From positions 306 to 64,305 of the forward strand of contig JAFRDL010000050.1 of assembly GCA_017411265.1 (NCBI GenBank): a stretch of DNA of 64,000 nucleotides, read 5' to 3'. Position numbers and translations under genes: made by a program. Shown in pieces: positions 30,384 to 39,748 of this stretch (position 1 is its first letter; every line of letters begins with the position of its first letter). The notes beneath the pieces were generated by a model that made no database searches, was not told the origin of the DNA, and saw only the letters and a list, made by a program, of their open reading frames with translations. Source of the DNA: Oscillospiraceae bacterium. Lineage in GTDB: Bacteria; Bacillota; Clostridia; Oscillospirales; Oscillospiraceae.

Positions 30384-33053
30384 ATGGCACAAAAGAAGAC
30401 CGGCACCCGGTCGAAAAAGAAACCCGCGGCGCCTGCCCGGGGGAATACGCAGAGGAGACCCATCCGCCGCGAGGTGTGGGGGGCGGTCTGTCAGGTCCTC
30501 GGCGTGTTTACCTTTATCGGGTATTTCGTACAGGATTACTGGCTCATCGACGGCCTTTGTCTCTATGTGTTCAAGGGACTGTTCGGCTGGGGCTTTTATG
30601 TGGTGCCCTTCTGCTTTTTCATCGCCGGCGGCATTCTGTTTTTCCACCGCGGGCTTCCCGTCCGCGGCCGGCTGATCGCCCTGGCCATGATCCCGCTCCT
30701 TTTCGGAGCCATGGTCCATCTGTTTGCCGGCACGGAGATTTCCGGCTTTGACGGGATCTCCATCCGGAGCCTCTACATGAACGGCAAAAACATGGTGTCC
30801 GGCGGCGTCTTGTCCGGGCTTCTGGCGTACGCGCTGAAAAAAGCGGTGAGCATTTACGGCGCGGCGCCCGCGCTGATGATCGCGCTGATCGTCATGGTGT
30901 TCATCACCGCCAGACTGTCGCTCCGGAAGATCGTGCAGGACCTCCGCAGCCGAAAGCGCATGGTCTATGAGCCGGATCCTCTCCCCGAGCCGGAACCCAT
31001 CCCCGCCCGGGCCATGGCGGGAAGCAATCGCGGCAGAAAGGGAAGGACCGTTCCGCCCACGGAGATCTATGAAGGTCTGGACGAGGATCCGGTGGCGGCG
31101 CTTGCCCGCCGCAGCCGCAGGCCGGAGCCTGCGCCGGAACCCGCGAGACCCCAGCGCCGGAAGACCCGGGCCATCGACATCCCCATGGACGAGGAGCCGA
31201 TCCCCGAGGATATCCCGCCCATGCCTACGATCCTGCCCAAGCCCCGGGACAACAAGCCTCGGGATACGAAGCCCTTTGTGCCCGACGGGGACCGGAGGGG
31301 ACTGGAAAAAAAGAAAGCCGAGCCGACCATCGAGGAAGAGAATCCCTTTATCATCGACCAGACCATTCCGGAAAAGCCTGCGCCCAAGCCCAACGGGGGA
31401 AAGACGCCCGCCAAGGACGCCCCGGCGGCGACGGCCAAGCCCTCGGAGGTAACGGAGGCCGCCGGCGAGATCGAAAAAGAGATCAGCGAATCCAAGGGTT
31501 CTGCCGCGTACCGTTATCCGCCGGTGGATCTGCTGCAGCCCGGCAAGGGAATGACCTCCGACGGCCGGGACGAGGTCATGCTCAACCGGGAGCGTCTGGA
31601 AACCACCCTTCGCAGCTTCGGCATCGGCGCGTCCGTTTCCGACATAACCCGCGGCCCCACGGTCACACGCTACGACCTGGAGCTGGAGGCCGGGGTAAAG
31701 CTCAACAAGATCACCAATCTGGCCGGGGATCTGGCGCTCTCCCTGGGCGTCGTCAGCGTCCGGATCGCCCCGATCCCCGATAAGATCTCCACGGTAGGCG
31801 TGGAGGTCCCCAACAAGGTGGTCAGCACCGTCTATCTCCGGGACATCATCGAATCTTCCGCCTTCCAGAACGCCAAATCCAAGCTGAGCTTTTCCGTCGG
31901 CAAGGACATCGGCGGCAACAGCATCGTGGGCAATATCTCCAAAATGCCCCATATGCTCATCGCCGGCACCACGGGCAGCGGCAAATCGGTGTGCATGAAC
32001 TGCCTGATCCTCAGCCTGCTTTATAAGGCGACGCCGGAGGAAGTCCGGCTCATCATGATCGATCCCAAGATGGTCGAGCTGGGGATCTACAACGGGATCC
32101 CGCACCTGTACATTCCGGTGGTCACCGATCCCAAGAAGGCCGCCGGGGCCCTCCAGTGGTCCGTGGTGGAAATGATGAAGCGGTACCGCCTCTTCTCCGA
32201 GGTGGGCGTCCGGGACATCAACGGCTACAACGGCTATCTGAAAAGAAACGGACTTCCCACCGTTCCCAACGTAGTCATCGTCATCGACGAGCTGGCGGAT
32301 CTGATGATGACCGCTGCCAAGGAAGTGGAGGAGAGCGTCTGCCGGGTTGCTCAGATGGGCCGCGCCGCAGGCATCCACCTGATTATCGCCACCCAGCGTC
32401 CCTCCGCGGACGTGATCACCGGCCTGATGAAGGCCAATATCCCCAGCCGGATTGCCTTTGCGGTTTCCAGCGCGCTGGAATCCCGGATCATCCTGGACCA
32501 GCAGGGCGCGGAGAAGCTCATCGGCATGGGCGACATGCTGTACGCGCCCCTTGGCTGCGGAAAACCTCTCCGGATCCAGGGCGCCTTCGTCTCCGACGAA
32601 GAGAGGGAGAGAGTCATCGATTTCGTCAAAAAGGACGCGCAGGCGAACTATAACGACGAGATCCTCAATGCCATTGAGATCGCCGCCAACAAGGACAAGA
32701 ATGAATCCGGCGGCGGCAGCGGAGACAGCGGATCCGCCTCCGGCGGCGACAGCGACAATCCCTTCAGCGAGTATGACGAGCTGCTGCCCCAGGCGGTGGA
32801 GGTCATCCTGGACACCAAGCAGGCCTCGGTCTCCATGCTCCAGCGTCGGCTGAAGCTGGGGTATTCCCGGGCCGCCCGCCTGGTTGACCAGATGGAGGAG
32901 ATCGGCGTCGTAGGGCCCTTTGAGGGCTCCAAGCCCCGGCAGCTCCTGGTCACCCGGGAGCAGTGGCAGGAGATGAGCATGACCGGGAACACGCCGGTGG
33001 AGCAGCTCATCAACCAGCAGAAGGACGATTTCTCCCGGGGAGGAGACGCATGA
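30384..33053 (+). CDS. ftsK: DNA translocase FtsK/SpoIIIE
   Basis: 889 aa. N-terminal TM helices, a long Pro/Glu/Lys-rich linker, Walker A GTTGSGKSVCMN, Walker B VVIVIDELADLMM, and gamma wHTH ASVSMLQRRLKLGYSRAARLVDQMEEIGVVGP. Confidence 0.95.
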   Translation: MAQKKTGTRSKKKPAAPARGNTQRRPIRREVWGAVCQVLGVFTFIGYFVQDYWLIDGLCLYVFKGLFGWGFYVVPFCFFIAGGILFFHRGLPVRGRLIALAMIPLLFGAMVHLFAGTEISGFDGISIRSLYMNGKNMVSGGVLSGLLAYALKKAVSIYGAAPALMIALIVMVFITARLSLRKIVQDLRSRKRMVYEPDPLPEPEPIPARAMAGSNRGRKGRTVPPTEIYEGLDEDPVAALARRSRRPEPAPEPARPQRRKTRAIDIPMDEEPIPEDIPPMPTILPKPRDNKPRDTKPFVPDGDRRGLEKKKAEPTIEEENPFIIDQTIPEKPAPKPNGGKTPAKDAPAATAKPSEVTEAAGEIEKEISESKGSAAYRYPPVDLLQPGKGMTSDGRDEVMLNRERLETTLRSFGIGASVSDITRGPTVTRYDLELEAGVKLNKITNLAGDLALSLGVVSVRIAPIPDKISTVGVEVPNKVVSTVYLRDIIESSAFQNAKSKLSFSVGKDIGGNSIVGNISKMPHMLIAGTTGSGKSVCMNCLILSLLYKATPEEVRLIMIDPKMVELGIYNGIPHLYIPVVTDPKKAAGALQWSVVEMMKRYRLFSEVGVRDINGYNGYLKRNGLPTVPNVVIVIDELADLMMTAAKEVEESVCRVAQMGRAAGIHLIIATQRPSADVITGLMKANIPSRIAFAVSSALESRIILDQQGAEKLIGMGDMLYAPLGCGKPLRIQGAFVSDEERERVIDFVKKDAQANYNDEILNAIEIAANKDKNESGGGSGDSGSASGGDSDNPFSEYDELLPQAVEVILDTKQASVSMLQRRLKLGYSRAARLVDQMEEIGVVGPFEGSKPRQLLVTREQWQEMSMTGNTPVEQLINQQKDDFSRGGDA

Positions 33054-33475
33054 TCCTCTCCGACGCCGAGCTGCAGGCCATGAGCCCTCTGGCCCTGGCC
33101 CATATGGGGGACGCGGTGTACGAGCTTCTGGTGCGCCGGGAGCTCTGCCGCCGGGGCGAGCTCACCGCCGGAGAGCTCCACCGGCAGACCGTCCGCTTCG
33201 TTTCCGCCTCCGCGCAGGCCAGAGCCTCCCAGAGGCTGCGGCCCGCGCTGACGGAAAAGGAGGAGGCGGTTTTTCGCCGGGGACGGAACACCCACAGCCA
33301 CGCTGCTCCCGCGTCCTGTACGGAGGGAGAGTACCACGCCGCTACCGCTCTGGAGGCTGTGTTCGGCTGGCTGTATCTCCGGGAGGAGAAGGAGCGCATC
33401 GAGGAACTGTTCGCCATGATATGGGAGGATGACCATGCCCCTGGACGCGATCGTGCTCACGGCGCTGCGCCGTGA
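33050..33475 (+). CDS. mrnC: Mini-ribonuclease 3 (Mini-III)
   Basis: 141 aa from ATG 33050 (ATGA overlap with the ftsK stop). SPLALAHMGDAVYELLVR and SA.AQA motifs. Confidence 0.85.
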   Translation: MILSDAELQAMSPLALAHMGDAVYELLVRRELCRRGELTAGELHRQTVRFVSASAQARASQRLRPALTEKEEAVFRRGRNTHSHAAPASCTEGEYHAATALEAVFGWLYLREEKERIEELFAMIWEDDHAPGRDRAHGAAP

Positions 33476-35159
33476 GCTGGAAAAACCTCTGACAGGAGCA
33501 AAGATTGACAGGATCGCCATGCCCGAAAAGGACGTGGTGATCCTTTCTGTCCACTCCCGGGAGGAGGGGAGCCGGAAGCTCCTTCTTTCCGTCCGCCCTG
33601 GGAGCGCCCGGATCCATTTCACGGACCTGACTTTTGAAAACCCGCCCCAGCCCCCCATGTTCTGCATGCTTCTGCGCAAGCACCTGCTGGGCGGGCGCAT
33701 CGCCGCGCTGGAGCAGCCCGCGGGCGAGCGTCTGCTGCTCATCCGGATCGACGCGGTGGATGAACTGAACGTCCATGCGGAGAAAACTCTGGCGCTGGAG
33801 CTGATGGGGAAGGGACTGAATCTCGTTCTCATCGGGGAGGACGGACGGATCCTGGACTGTCTGCGGCGGGTGGACTATGAAGACTCCAATCGCCGGGCCC
33901 TGCTGCCCGGACTTTTTTACCAGCTGCCCCCGCCCCAGAGCAAGCCCTCCGTTTTCCGCACGGCTCCGGAGGAGATCCTTCGGCTCGCGGCGCAGGCGGA
34001 CCGGAGCCTTCCGCCGGACCGCTGGCTGCTGGACGCCTTCGGCGGTCTTTCGCCCGTGCTGTGCCGGGAGCTTGCCCTTCACGGCTGGGAGGGACTGGAG
34101 GACGGCATCCGCACGCTTCTTCGGAGGCTGGAAGAGGGAGACTTTGCTCCGGTGATGATCTCGGAGGGGGGGAGTCCCCGGGATTACAGCTTTATGCCCC
34201 TGCGTCAGTACGGTCCGGAAGCGGAGCAGACGGTCTGCGCCTCCTTCAGCAAGCTTCTGGACGACTTTTATTCTCTTCGGGACCGGCAGGAGAACATGCG
34301 CCGGCGCTCCGGAGAGCTCACCCGGACGGCCCGTACGGCCAGGGACCGGCTCCGTCGGAAGATCGCGGCCCGGGAGCAGGAGCTCCTGGCCACGGAAAAG
34401 CGGGAGGAATACCGGCGCCGGGGGGATCTCATAACGGCCAATATGTACCGGCTGAAAAAAGGGATGCGCTCTTTTGAGGCGCAGGATTTCTATGCCGACG
34501 GCTGTCCTGCGGTGACGGTCCCTCTGGACGAGAGGAAGACGCCTTCACAGAACGCGGCGATGAACTATAAGCTGTATACCAAGGCAAAGACCGCCAACCG
34601 GATGCTCACGGAGCTCCTCGCGTCCGCCCGGGAGGAGGAGGCCTATCTGGAGAGCGTGCTGGACGAGCTTTCCCGGGCCGAGAACGACCGGGATCTGGCG
34701 GATATCCGGCGGGAGCTGACGGAGGGGGGCTATCTGAAGAACCGTTCCGACGGAAAACGGCAGAAGCTGCCGCCGCCCCGAAAGCCCATGCGGTTCGTGT
34801 CCGACGCCGGGCGCGAGATCCTGGTGGGCCGGGGGAACGCGCAGAACGACGAGCTGACCTTCCGAATCGCCCGCCGCACCGATCTTTGGCTCCATGTCCA
34901 GAAGGTTCCGGGGAGCCATGTGATCGTCTCTCAGGCGGAGGGGGAAGCGGATGAGGAGACCGTCCGCCAGGCCGCCGCACTGGCCGTCACCTTCTCCCAG
35001 GCCCGGGAGGGGGGGCGCGCAGCCGTGGACTGCACCCAGGTACGCCATGTAAAGAAACCGGCCGGAGCCCGGCCCGGCCGGGTGATCTACACCGACTGTT
35101 TCACGCTGGCGGCGCAGGCTGACCCGGCATTGGCGGAGCGCCTGCGCCGGGACCGGTGA
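33435..35159 (+). CDS. rqcH: Ribosome quality-control protein RqcH (NFACT family; formerly 'fibronectin-binding protein A')
   Basis: MPLDAIVLTAL..EL...LTGAKIDRIAMPEKD N-terminus, a coiled-coil middle, and NFACT-R DLWLHVQKVPGSHVIV. ATG 33435 has better GGGAGG spacing than 33429. Confidence 0.85.
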   Translation: MPLDAIVLTALRRELEKPLTGAKIDRIAMPEKDVVILSVHSREEGSRKLLLSVRPGSARIHFTDLTFENPPQPPMFCMLLRKHLLGGRIAALEQPAGERLLLIRIDAVDELNVHAEKTLALELMGKGLNLVLIGEDGRILDCLRRVDYEDSNRRALLPGLFYQLPPPQSKPSVFRTAPEEILRLAAQADRSLPPDRWLLDAFGGLSPVLCRELALHGWEGLEDGIRTLLRRLEEGDFAPVMISEGGSPRDYSFMPLRQYGPEAEQTVCASFSKLLDDFYSLRDRQENMRRRSGELTRTARTARDRLRRKIAAREQELLATEKREEYRRRGDLITANMYRLKKGMRSFEAQDFYADGCPAVTVPLDERKTPSQNAAMNYKLYTKAKTANRMLTELLASAREEEAYLESVLDELSRAENDRDLADIRRELTEGGYLKNRSDGKRQKLPPPRKPMRFVSDAGREILVGRGNAQNDELTFRIARRTDLWLHVQKVPGSHVIVSQAEGEADEETVRQAAALAVTFSQAREGGRAAVDCTQVRHVKKPAGARPGRVIYTDCFTLAAQADPALAERLRRDR

Positions 35160-35168
35160 GGCGGGCCT

Positions 35169-35492
35169 TTACCGGGTGATGCGTATGATCACCGTGGCCT
35201 CCTCGGACCGGGCGCCGCTCTCGTCCACCGCCCGGTAACCGAAATAATCCCGGCCCCGCGCCCTCTCTGCCGGGGTATAGAGGAAGGAACCGTCCGGATA
35301 AAGACGCAGCAGTCCCTTTCTCGGCTCGGTGGTGACGACAAAGTAAACGTGACCGTCGGCGTCCTTGGCGGAGAGCATCCCGTCCACCATCGTCTCCCGG
35401 GGCGTGGACAGCTCCAGACTGGCCGCCGCCGGCGCCCCGGCGGTAAAAAGCAGGGCGAGGGCGGGCAATATCAGCAAGTGTGTCTTTTTCAT
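35169..35492 (-). CDS. Secreted single Ig-like (cadherin/Big_9-like) domain protein, 107 aa
   Basis: Signal peptide MKKTHLLILPALALLFTAGAPAAA. The domain pattern G.LRLYPDGSFLYTPAERARGRDYFGYRAVDESGARSEEATVIIRI resembles adhesin Ig repeats (DGSFxYTP...DxFxYxxxD). Convergent with rqcH. Confidence 0.6.
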   Translation of the reverse strand: MKKTHLLILPALALLFTAGAPAAASLELSTPRETMVDGMLSAKDADGHVYFVVTTEPRKGLLRLYPDGSFLYTPAERARGRDYFGYRAVDESGARSEEATVIIRITR

Positions 35493-35600
35493 TTTCTTCT
35501 CCTTTTCCGGCTCCTATATCTTTGCCCGGAAAAAGGAAATAACTCCGGAAACGTCATCGGAAATCCATGGAAAAAAAGCGGTTTTTCCGGTAAAAAAACC

Positions 35601-35629
35601 TTGCATTTTCCTTTTGCGTGTGGTATCTT
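35601..35629 (+). promoter_or_regulatory. Candidate rplS promoter, TTGCAT-17 nt-TATCTT
   Basis: TTGCAT at 35601-35606 and TATCTT at 35624-35629, preceded by TGG. About 90 nt of leader follow. Confidence 0.5.
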
Positions 35630-35719
35630 ATCATAGCCTGTGCGATTGTACAGTATCAGGACGGTCCGCTGCCGCCCCGCTTAAGCGGTATGAACGTCTA
35701 AGAATAAGGAAGGTATACC

Positions 35720-36064
35720 ATGGATCTCATTCAGACTCTCACCGCGAACTACATGAAGCCTGAGCTTCCCGAGATGAACGTGGGCGACACCGTGCGTGTC
35801 ACGCTGCGCGTCAAGGAAGGCGCCCGGGAGCGGACCCAGGCGTTCGAGGGCACCATCATCGCCAGAAAGCATGGCGGCATCAACGAGACGATCACCGTCC
35901 GCCGGATCTCCTACGGCGTGGGCTGCGAGAAGGTTTTCCCCGTGCATTCTCCCAGCATCGTTTCTGTGGAGACCATCCGGCGCGGCAAAGTCCGCCGGGC
36001 CAAGCTGTACTACCTGCGCGACCGCGTGGGCAAGGCGGCCAAGGTCAAGGGGCTCATCAACTGA
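35720..36064 (+). CDS. rplS: 50S ribosomal protein L19
   Basis: 114 aa. [51 protein letters not shown] and RRAKLYYLR. Confidence 0.97.
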   Translation: MDLIQTLTANYMKPELPEMNVGDTVRVTLRVKEGARERTQAFEGTIIARKHGGINETITVRRISYGVGCEKVFPVHSPSIVSVETIRRGKVRRAKLYYLRDRVGKAAKVKGLIN

Positions 36065-36078
36065 GTCGGACGGCTTGG

Positions 36079-36116
36079 AAAAAGGACGCTTCCGTTGGAG
36101 GCGTCCTTTTTCCTTT
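36079..36116 (+). terminator. Rho-independent terminator after rplS
   Basis: AAAAAGGACGC-(11-nt loop)-GCGTCCTTTTT followed by CCTTT. Confidence 0.8.
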
Positions 36117-36133
36117 GCTCTGCGCTTTTCCTG

Positions 36134-36163
36134 TTGCGCACGGCATGGGAAACGGTGTATAAT
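36134..36163 (+). promoter_or_regulatory. Candidate lepB promoter, TTGCGC-18 nt-TATAAT
   Basis: TTGCGC at 36134-36139 and TATAAT at 36158-36163. Confidence 0.45.
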
Positions 36164-36198
36164 ACTTTGAAATAATCTTTGACTACGGAGAAAGATCT

Positions 36199-36807
36199 AT
36201 GAACGAGACTTGGCCGGAGATCAAAAAGAGAAAACTGAAGGAACGGCGGGGCGAGACCTTCGACTGGATCCAGTCGCTGGTGGTGTCCCTGCTGATTTGC
36301 GTGCTTTTGTTCACCTTCGTGCTCCGGGTGATCAACGTGTCCGGCACCTCCATGCTGGATACCCTTCACGACGGGGACCGGATCCTGATTTCCAATCTCT
36401 TCTATACGCCCAGACAGGGGGACGTTGTGGTGCTGCAGAAGGAGTCCTTCAGCAGCGAGCCCATCGTCAAGCGGATCATCGCCCTGGAAGGGCAGACCGT
36501 GAACATCGACTTTGACGAAGGCGTGGTCTATGTGGACGGAGTGGCTCTGGACGAGCCCTATGTCTACGAGCCGACGCACCGCCGCATCGATTTCGAGGAC
36601 GAGGTCGTCGTCCCCGAGGGATGCCTGTTCGTCCTTGGCGACAACCGGAACGGCTCCACCGACAGCCGGGACGACCGGATCGGTTTTGTGGACAGCCGGC
36701 TCGTGATGGGACGGGCGTTTTTCCTCCTTATTCCCGGGTCGGATCCCAGGATCGGGGAAAGCCGTGACTGGGGAAGGATCGGATGGGTCCGCGGATGGGC
36801 GAAATGA
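36199..36807 (+). CDS. lepB: Signal peptidase I
   Basis: 202 aa. TM anchor, catalytic Ser box SGTSMLDTL, Lys box VKRIIAL, and GDNRNGSTDSR. Confidence 0.9.
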   Translation: MNETWPEIKKRKLKERRGETFDWIQSLVVSLLICVLLFTFVLRVINVSGTSMLDTLHDGDRILISNLFYTPRQGDVVVLQKESFSSEPIVKRIIALEGQTVNIDFDEGVVYVDGVALDEPYVYEPTHRRIDFEDEVVVPEGCLFVLGDNRNGSTDSRDDRIGFVDSRLVMGRAFFLLIPGSDPRIGESRDWGRIGWVRGWAK

Positions 36808-37646
36808 ACATCAACTGGTATCCCGGGCACATGAAAAAGGCCACCCGCATGATGGAGGACAGCCTCCGTCTGGTGGACGCGGTGGTTGAGCTCCGGGACG
36901 CCCGGATCCCGGAATCCAGCCGGAACCCGGACGTGGAAAAACTCGCGGGCGGCAAGCCGCGGCTCATCGTCCTCAACCGGGCGGACCAGGCGGACCCGGC
37001 GGTCACCGCCCTGTGGCGAAAAGCCCTCACCAGGGAAGGGGTCATGGCGCTGGAGATGGACTGCAAAAGCGGCCGGGGCGTGAAGGCCTTTCCCGACGCG
37101 GCTCGCACGCTGCTGCGTGAGCTCATCGAGCGCAGCGAGGCCAAGGGGCAGGTGGGGCGTGTTCTCCGTTTTATGGTGCTGGGCATTCCCAATGTGGGAA
37201 AGTCCAGCTTCATCAACCGTCTGGCGGGGCGCAGGGCCGCCGAGACCAGCGACCGGCCCGGCGTCACCCGGGGGAAACAGTGGATCACTTTGCCCAACGG
37301 CATCCAGCTGCTGGACACTCCGGGGATCCTGTGGCCCAAGTTCGAAGAGGAGATCGGCCTCCATCTTGCCTGGACCGGCGCCATCAACGACAACATCCTG
37401 GACGTGGAGCTGGTGGCCTCCCGGCTGCTGGAGCGGCTGCGGGAGCTGTATCCCCAGGCGATCCGGGACCGGTACAGGTTCGATCCCGCCCCGGAGGCGC
37501 CCGGGTATGAGCTGCTGGAGGCGGCGGGCCGGAAGCGCGGTTTTCTGGTTTCCGGCGGGGAAGTGAACACCGAACGCATGGCCCACGTGCTCCTGGATGA
37601 ATTCCGGGAGGGCAAGCTTGGCCGGATGACATTGGAGAGACCATGA
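36804..37646 (+). CDS. rbgA: Ribosome biogenesis GTPase A (YlqF/RbgA), circularly permuted GTPase
   Basis: [13 protein letters not shown] start (ATGA overlap with lepB). G4-like VLNRADQ lies before G1 [14 protein letters not shown] and G3 LLDTPGIL. Confidence 0.9.
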   Translation: MNINWYPGHMKKATRMMEDSLRLVDAVVELRDARIPESSRNPDVEKLAGGKPRLIVLNRADQADPAVTALWRKALTREGVMALEMDCKSGRGVKAFPDAARTLLRELIERSEAKGQVGRVLRFMVLGIPNVGKSSFINRLAGRRAAETSDRPGVTRGKQWITLPNGIQLLDTPGILWPKFEEEIGLHLAWTGAINDNILDVELVASRLLERLRELYPQAIRDRYRFDPAPEAPGYELLEAAGRKRGFLVSGGEVNTERMAHVLLDEFREGKLGRMTLERP

Positions 37647-38251
37647 TGGACGAGACGATGGATCTGTATTCCTTTGAGCTTTCCCTGGCCGGGGATCGGC
37701 GTCCCTTTTGCGGCGTGGACGAGGCCGGACGGGGACCGCTGGCGGGACCGGTATGCGCCGCAGCGGTGATCCTTCCTTCCGGGATCGTCATCCCGGGGCT
37801 GGACGACTCCAAAAAGCTCACGGCAAAAAAGAGAGACGAGCTGTACGATATCATCTGCGACAAGGCGCTCTCCTTTGCGGTGGCCTTCGCCAGCGTGGAG
37901 GAGATCGAGACGCTGAACATCAAGGGCGCCACCTACCTGGCCATGGACCGGGCCATCGCCGAATTGGACCCGGTGCCGGCGCTCGCTCTGGTGGACGGGA
38001 ACGACAGGAACACGCTGGCTGTCCCCGCCATCAAGGTGGTGAAGGGGGACAGCCGCTGCGCCTCCATCGCGGCGGCCTCCGTGCTGGCCAAGGTGACACG
38101 GGACCGGTTCATGCTGGACATGGACGAGCTCTATCCCCAGTACGGCTTTGCCGCCCATAAGGGATACGGCACCGCGGCGCACTATGCCGCGCTGCGGGAA
38201 TACGGCCCCTGTCCCATCCACCGCCCCACCTATCTGAGGAAAATGCATTGA
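37643..38251 (+). CDS. rnhB: Ribonuclease HII
   Basis: [20 protein letters not shown] and [10 protein letters not shown]. Confidence 0.93.
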   Translation: MMDETMDLYSFELSLAGDRRPFCGVDEAGRGPLAGPVCAAAVILPSGIVIPGLDDSKKLTAKKRDELYDIICDKALSFAVAFASVEEIETLNIKGATYLAMDRAIAELDPVPALALVDGNDRNTLAVPAIKVVKGDSRCASIAAASVLAKVTRDRFMLDMDELYPQYGFAAHKGYGTAAHYAALREYGPCPIHRPTYLRKMH

Positions 38252-38619
38252 GGGACACGAAGCTGCTGGGGAGCTACGGCGAAGCGCTGACGGCGGAGTA
38301 TCTCCGGAAAAAGGGCTATAAAATCCTGGGCATGAACTACCGCACCCGTCTGGGGGAGATCGACGTGATCGCCTCCCAGGGACGCTTCGTGGCTTTCGTG
38401 GAGGTGAAGCTCCGGAAAAGCGACGCCTTTGCCCAGGCCAGGGAATTCGTGACCCGCTCCAAGCAGCAGCGTATCGCCGCTGCCGCTCAGGAATGGCTGC
38501 AGCTCAACGCCTGTGACCTCCAGCCCCGGTTCGACGTGATGGAGGTCTACGCGCCCCAGGGCGCCGCCACCCGGGAACCGACGCTTCACTACTGGGAAAA
38601 CGCCTTCACGCTGGACTGA
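38248..38619 (+). CDS. yraN: YraN family (UPF0102) endonuclease-like protein
   Basis: 123 aa. G..GE.L.AEYL...GY.IL..N.R...GEIDVIA......VAFVEVK.R. TTG start overlapping the rnhB stop. Confidence 0.8.
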   Translation: MRDTKLLGSYGEALTAEYLRKKGYKILGMNYRTRLGEIDVIASQGRFVAFVEVKLRKSDAFAQAREFVTRSKQQRIAAAAQEWLQLNACDLQPRFDVMEVYAPQGAATREPTLHYWENAFTLD

Positions 38620-38674
38620 ATCCTTTCGACGGTCTTTTTTCCCAGGGGGATGTATGATCCCCTTGTTATGTAGC

Positions 38675-38697
38675 GGGGCGCGCCGCGCCCCTCTTTC
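38675..38697. terminator. GC hairpin between convergent yraN and the DUF1540 gene
   Basis: GGGGCG-CGCCG-CGCCCC followed by TCTTTC on the + strand. A second small hairpin, GGGGA-TGTATGA-TCCCC, lies at about 38646-38662. Confidence 0.45.
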
Positions 38698-38872
38698 AGA
38701 ATTCGGCCCGGTTTTCAAAGGTGGAGCAGAATGTCTCCGCCTTGTTTTTGGCATGTTCGTTGGAAACGGTGATATGCTCGGCCCGGCAGCGGTCCGCGTC
38801 GGAGTGGAACCGGCAGTCCCTTACCGTGCAGCCCACGTTTTTCACATGCTCGCTTTTTGTCTTATCGCTCAT
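38696..38872 (-). CDS. DUF1540-type small Cys-rich protein (58 aa; below the ORF-track length cut-off)
   Basis: My own translation of the minus strand is MSDKTKSEHVKNVGCTVRDCRFHSDADRCRAEHITVSNEHAKNKAETFCSTFENRAEF*. GGAGGG lies 7 nt upstream of the ATG. The C-x4-C...C...ETFCxTF pattern is as I recall for DUF1540. Confidence 0.75.
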   Translation of the reverse strand: MSDKTKSEHVKNVGCTVRDCRFHSDADRCRAEHITVSNEHAKNKAETFCSTFENRAEF

Positions 38873-38964
38873 GACAGACCCTCCGCGTTTTGATTGGCCG
38901 GGGATGGTCCCGGCATGAGCAGTATGCGCGGTTTTCTTCCGGATATTCCCGGGGAGGAGAAGCT

Positions 38965-39654
38965 ATGTCCCTGTACGCCATCGGCGACCTGCACCTGGCT
39001 CTGGGTGCGCCGGAAAAGAATATGGAACTGTTCGGGGGCCGCTGGCAGGGGTATGTGGACAAGATCCGCCGGGGGTTTTCCCTTCTCACGGAGGACGACG
39101 TGTGCGTCGTCTGCGGAGATTTTTGCTGGGCTATGGACCTGGAGACGGCGCTGCCCGATTTTCGTTTTCTCCAGGAGCTGCCCGGAAAAAAGCTGATGGT
39201 CAAGGGCAACCACGATTACTGGTGGACCACGGCCGCGAAAATGAACGCCTTTTTCCGGGAGAACGGTTTGGATACCATCTCTCTGCTCCATAATTGCTCT
39301 GTAGCCTGGGGCGATCTTGCCCTCTGCGGCACGCGGGGCTGGTTTTTTGAGGAGGAGACGGGCACGGCCCACGACGAGAAGGTCCTCCGCCGGGAGATCG
39401 GCCGCCTGGAGACGTCCCTGCGGGAAGGCGGAGAAGGGGAGAAGCTGGCCTTTCTCCATTATCCGCCCATCTATCAGCAGTATACCTGTCCGGGGATCCT
39501 GGACGCTCTGCAGTCCTTCGGGGTGAAGGAGTGCTATTACGGGCACGTCCACGGCAACGGCTGCCGCAGCGCCTTTCAGGGGGAGCGCGACGGGATACGG
39601 TACCGGCTGGTATCTGCGGATTACCTGGATTTTTTCCCGTTGAAAATACGGTAA
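38965..39654 (+). CDS. Metallophosphoesterase (calcineurin-like phosphoesterase family)
   Basis: ATG 38965 after GGGGAGGAG. Motifs AIGDLHL, VCGDF, KGNHDYWW and GHVHG. The track ORF start at 38890 is upstream of the RBS. Confidence 0.85.
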   Translation: MSLYAIGDLHLALGAPEKNMELFGGRWQGYVDKIRRGFSLLTEDDVCVVCGDFCWAMDLETALPDFRFLQELPGKKLMVKGNHDYWWTTAAKMNAFFRENGLDTISLLHNCSVAWGDLALCGTRGWFFEEETGTAHDEKVLRREIGRLETSLREGGEGEKLAFLHYPPIYQQYTCPGILDALQSFGVKECYYGHVHGNGCRSAFQGERDGIRYRLVSADYLDFFPLKIR

Positions 39655-39657
39655 GGA

Positions 39658-39686
39658 TTGCATTTTGATTTTTGGTCTGATATAAT
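39658..39686 (+). promoter_or_regulatory. tig promoter, TTGCAT-17 nt-TATAAT
   Basis: TTGCAT at 39658-39663, an exact 17-nt spacer, and TATAAT at 39681-39686. Confidence 0.7.
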
Positions 39687-39748
39687 ATTACGGCTTGCAT
39701 TATGTACATTCAGTCCCGGCTGAAATATAGAGAGGAGTAAACACCCCA

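Noticed and set aside
35097-35105. A parS-like sequence, TGTTTCACG, inside rqcH.
   Set aside because: Only one half of the 16-bp palindrome TGTTNCACGTGAAACA is present (the next bases are CTGGCGG). I saw no full parS in the window.
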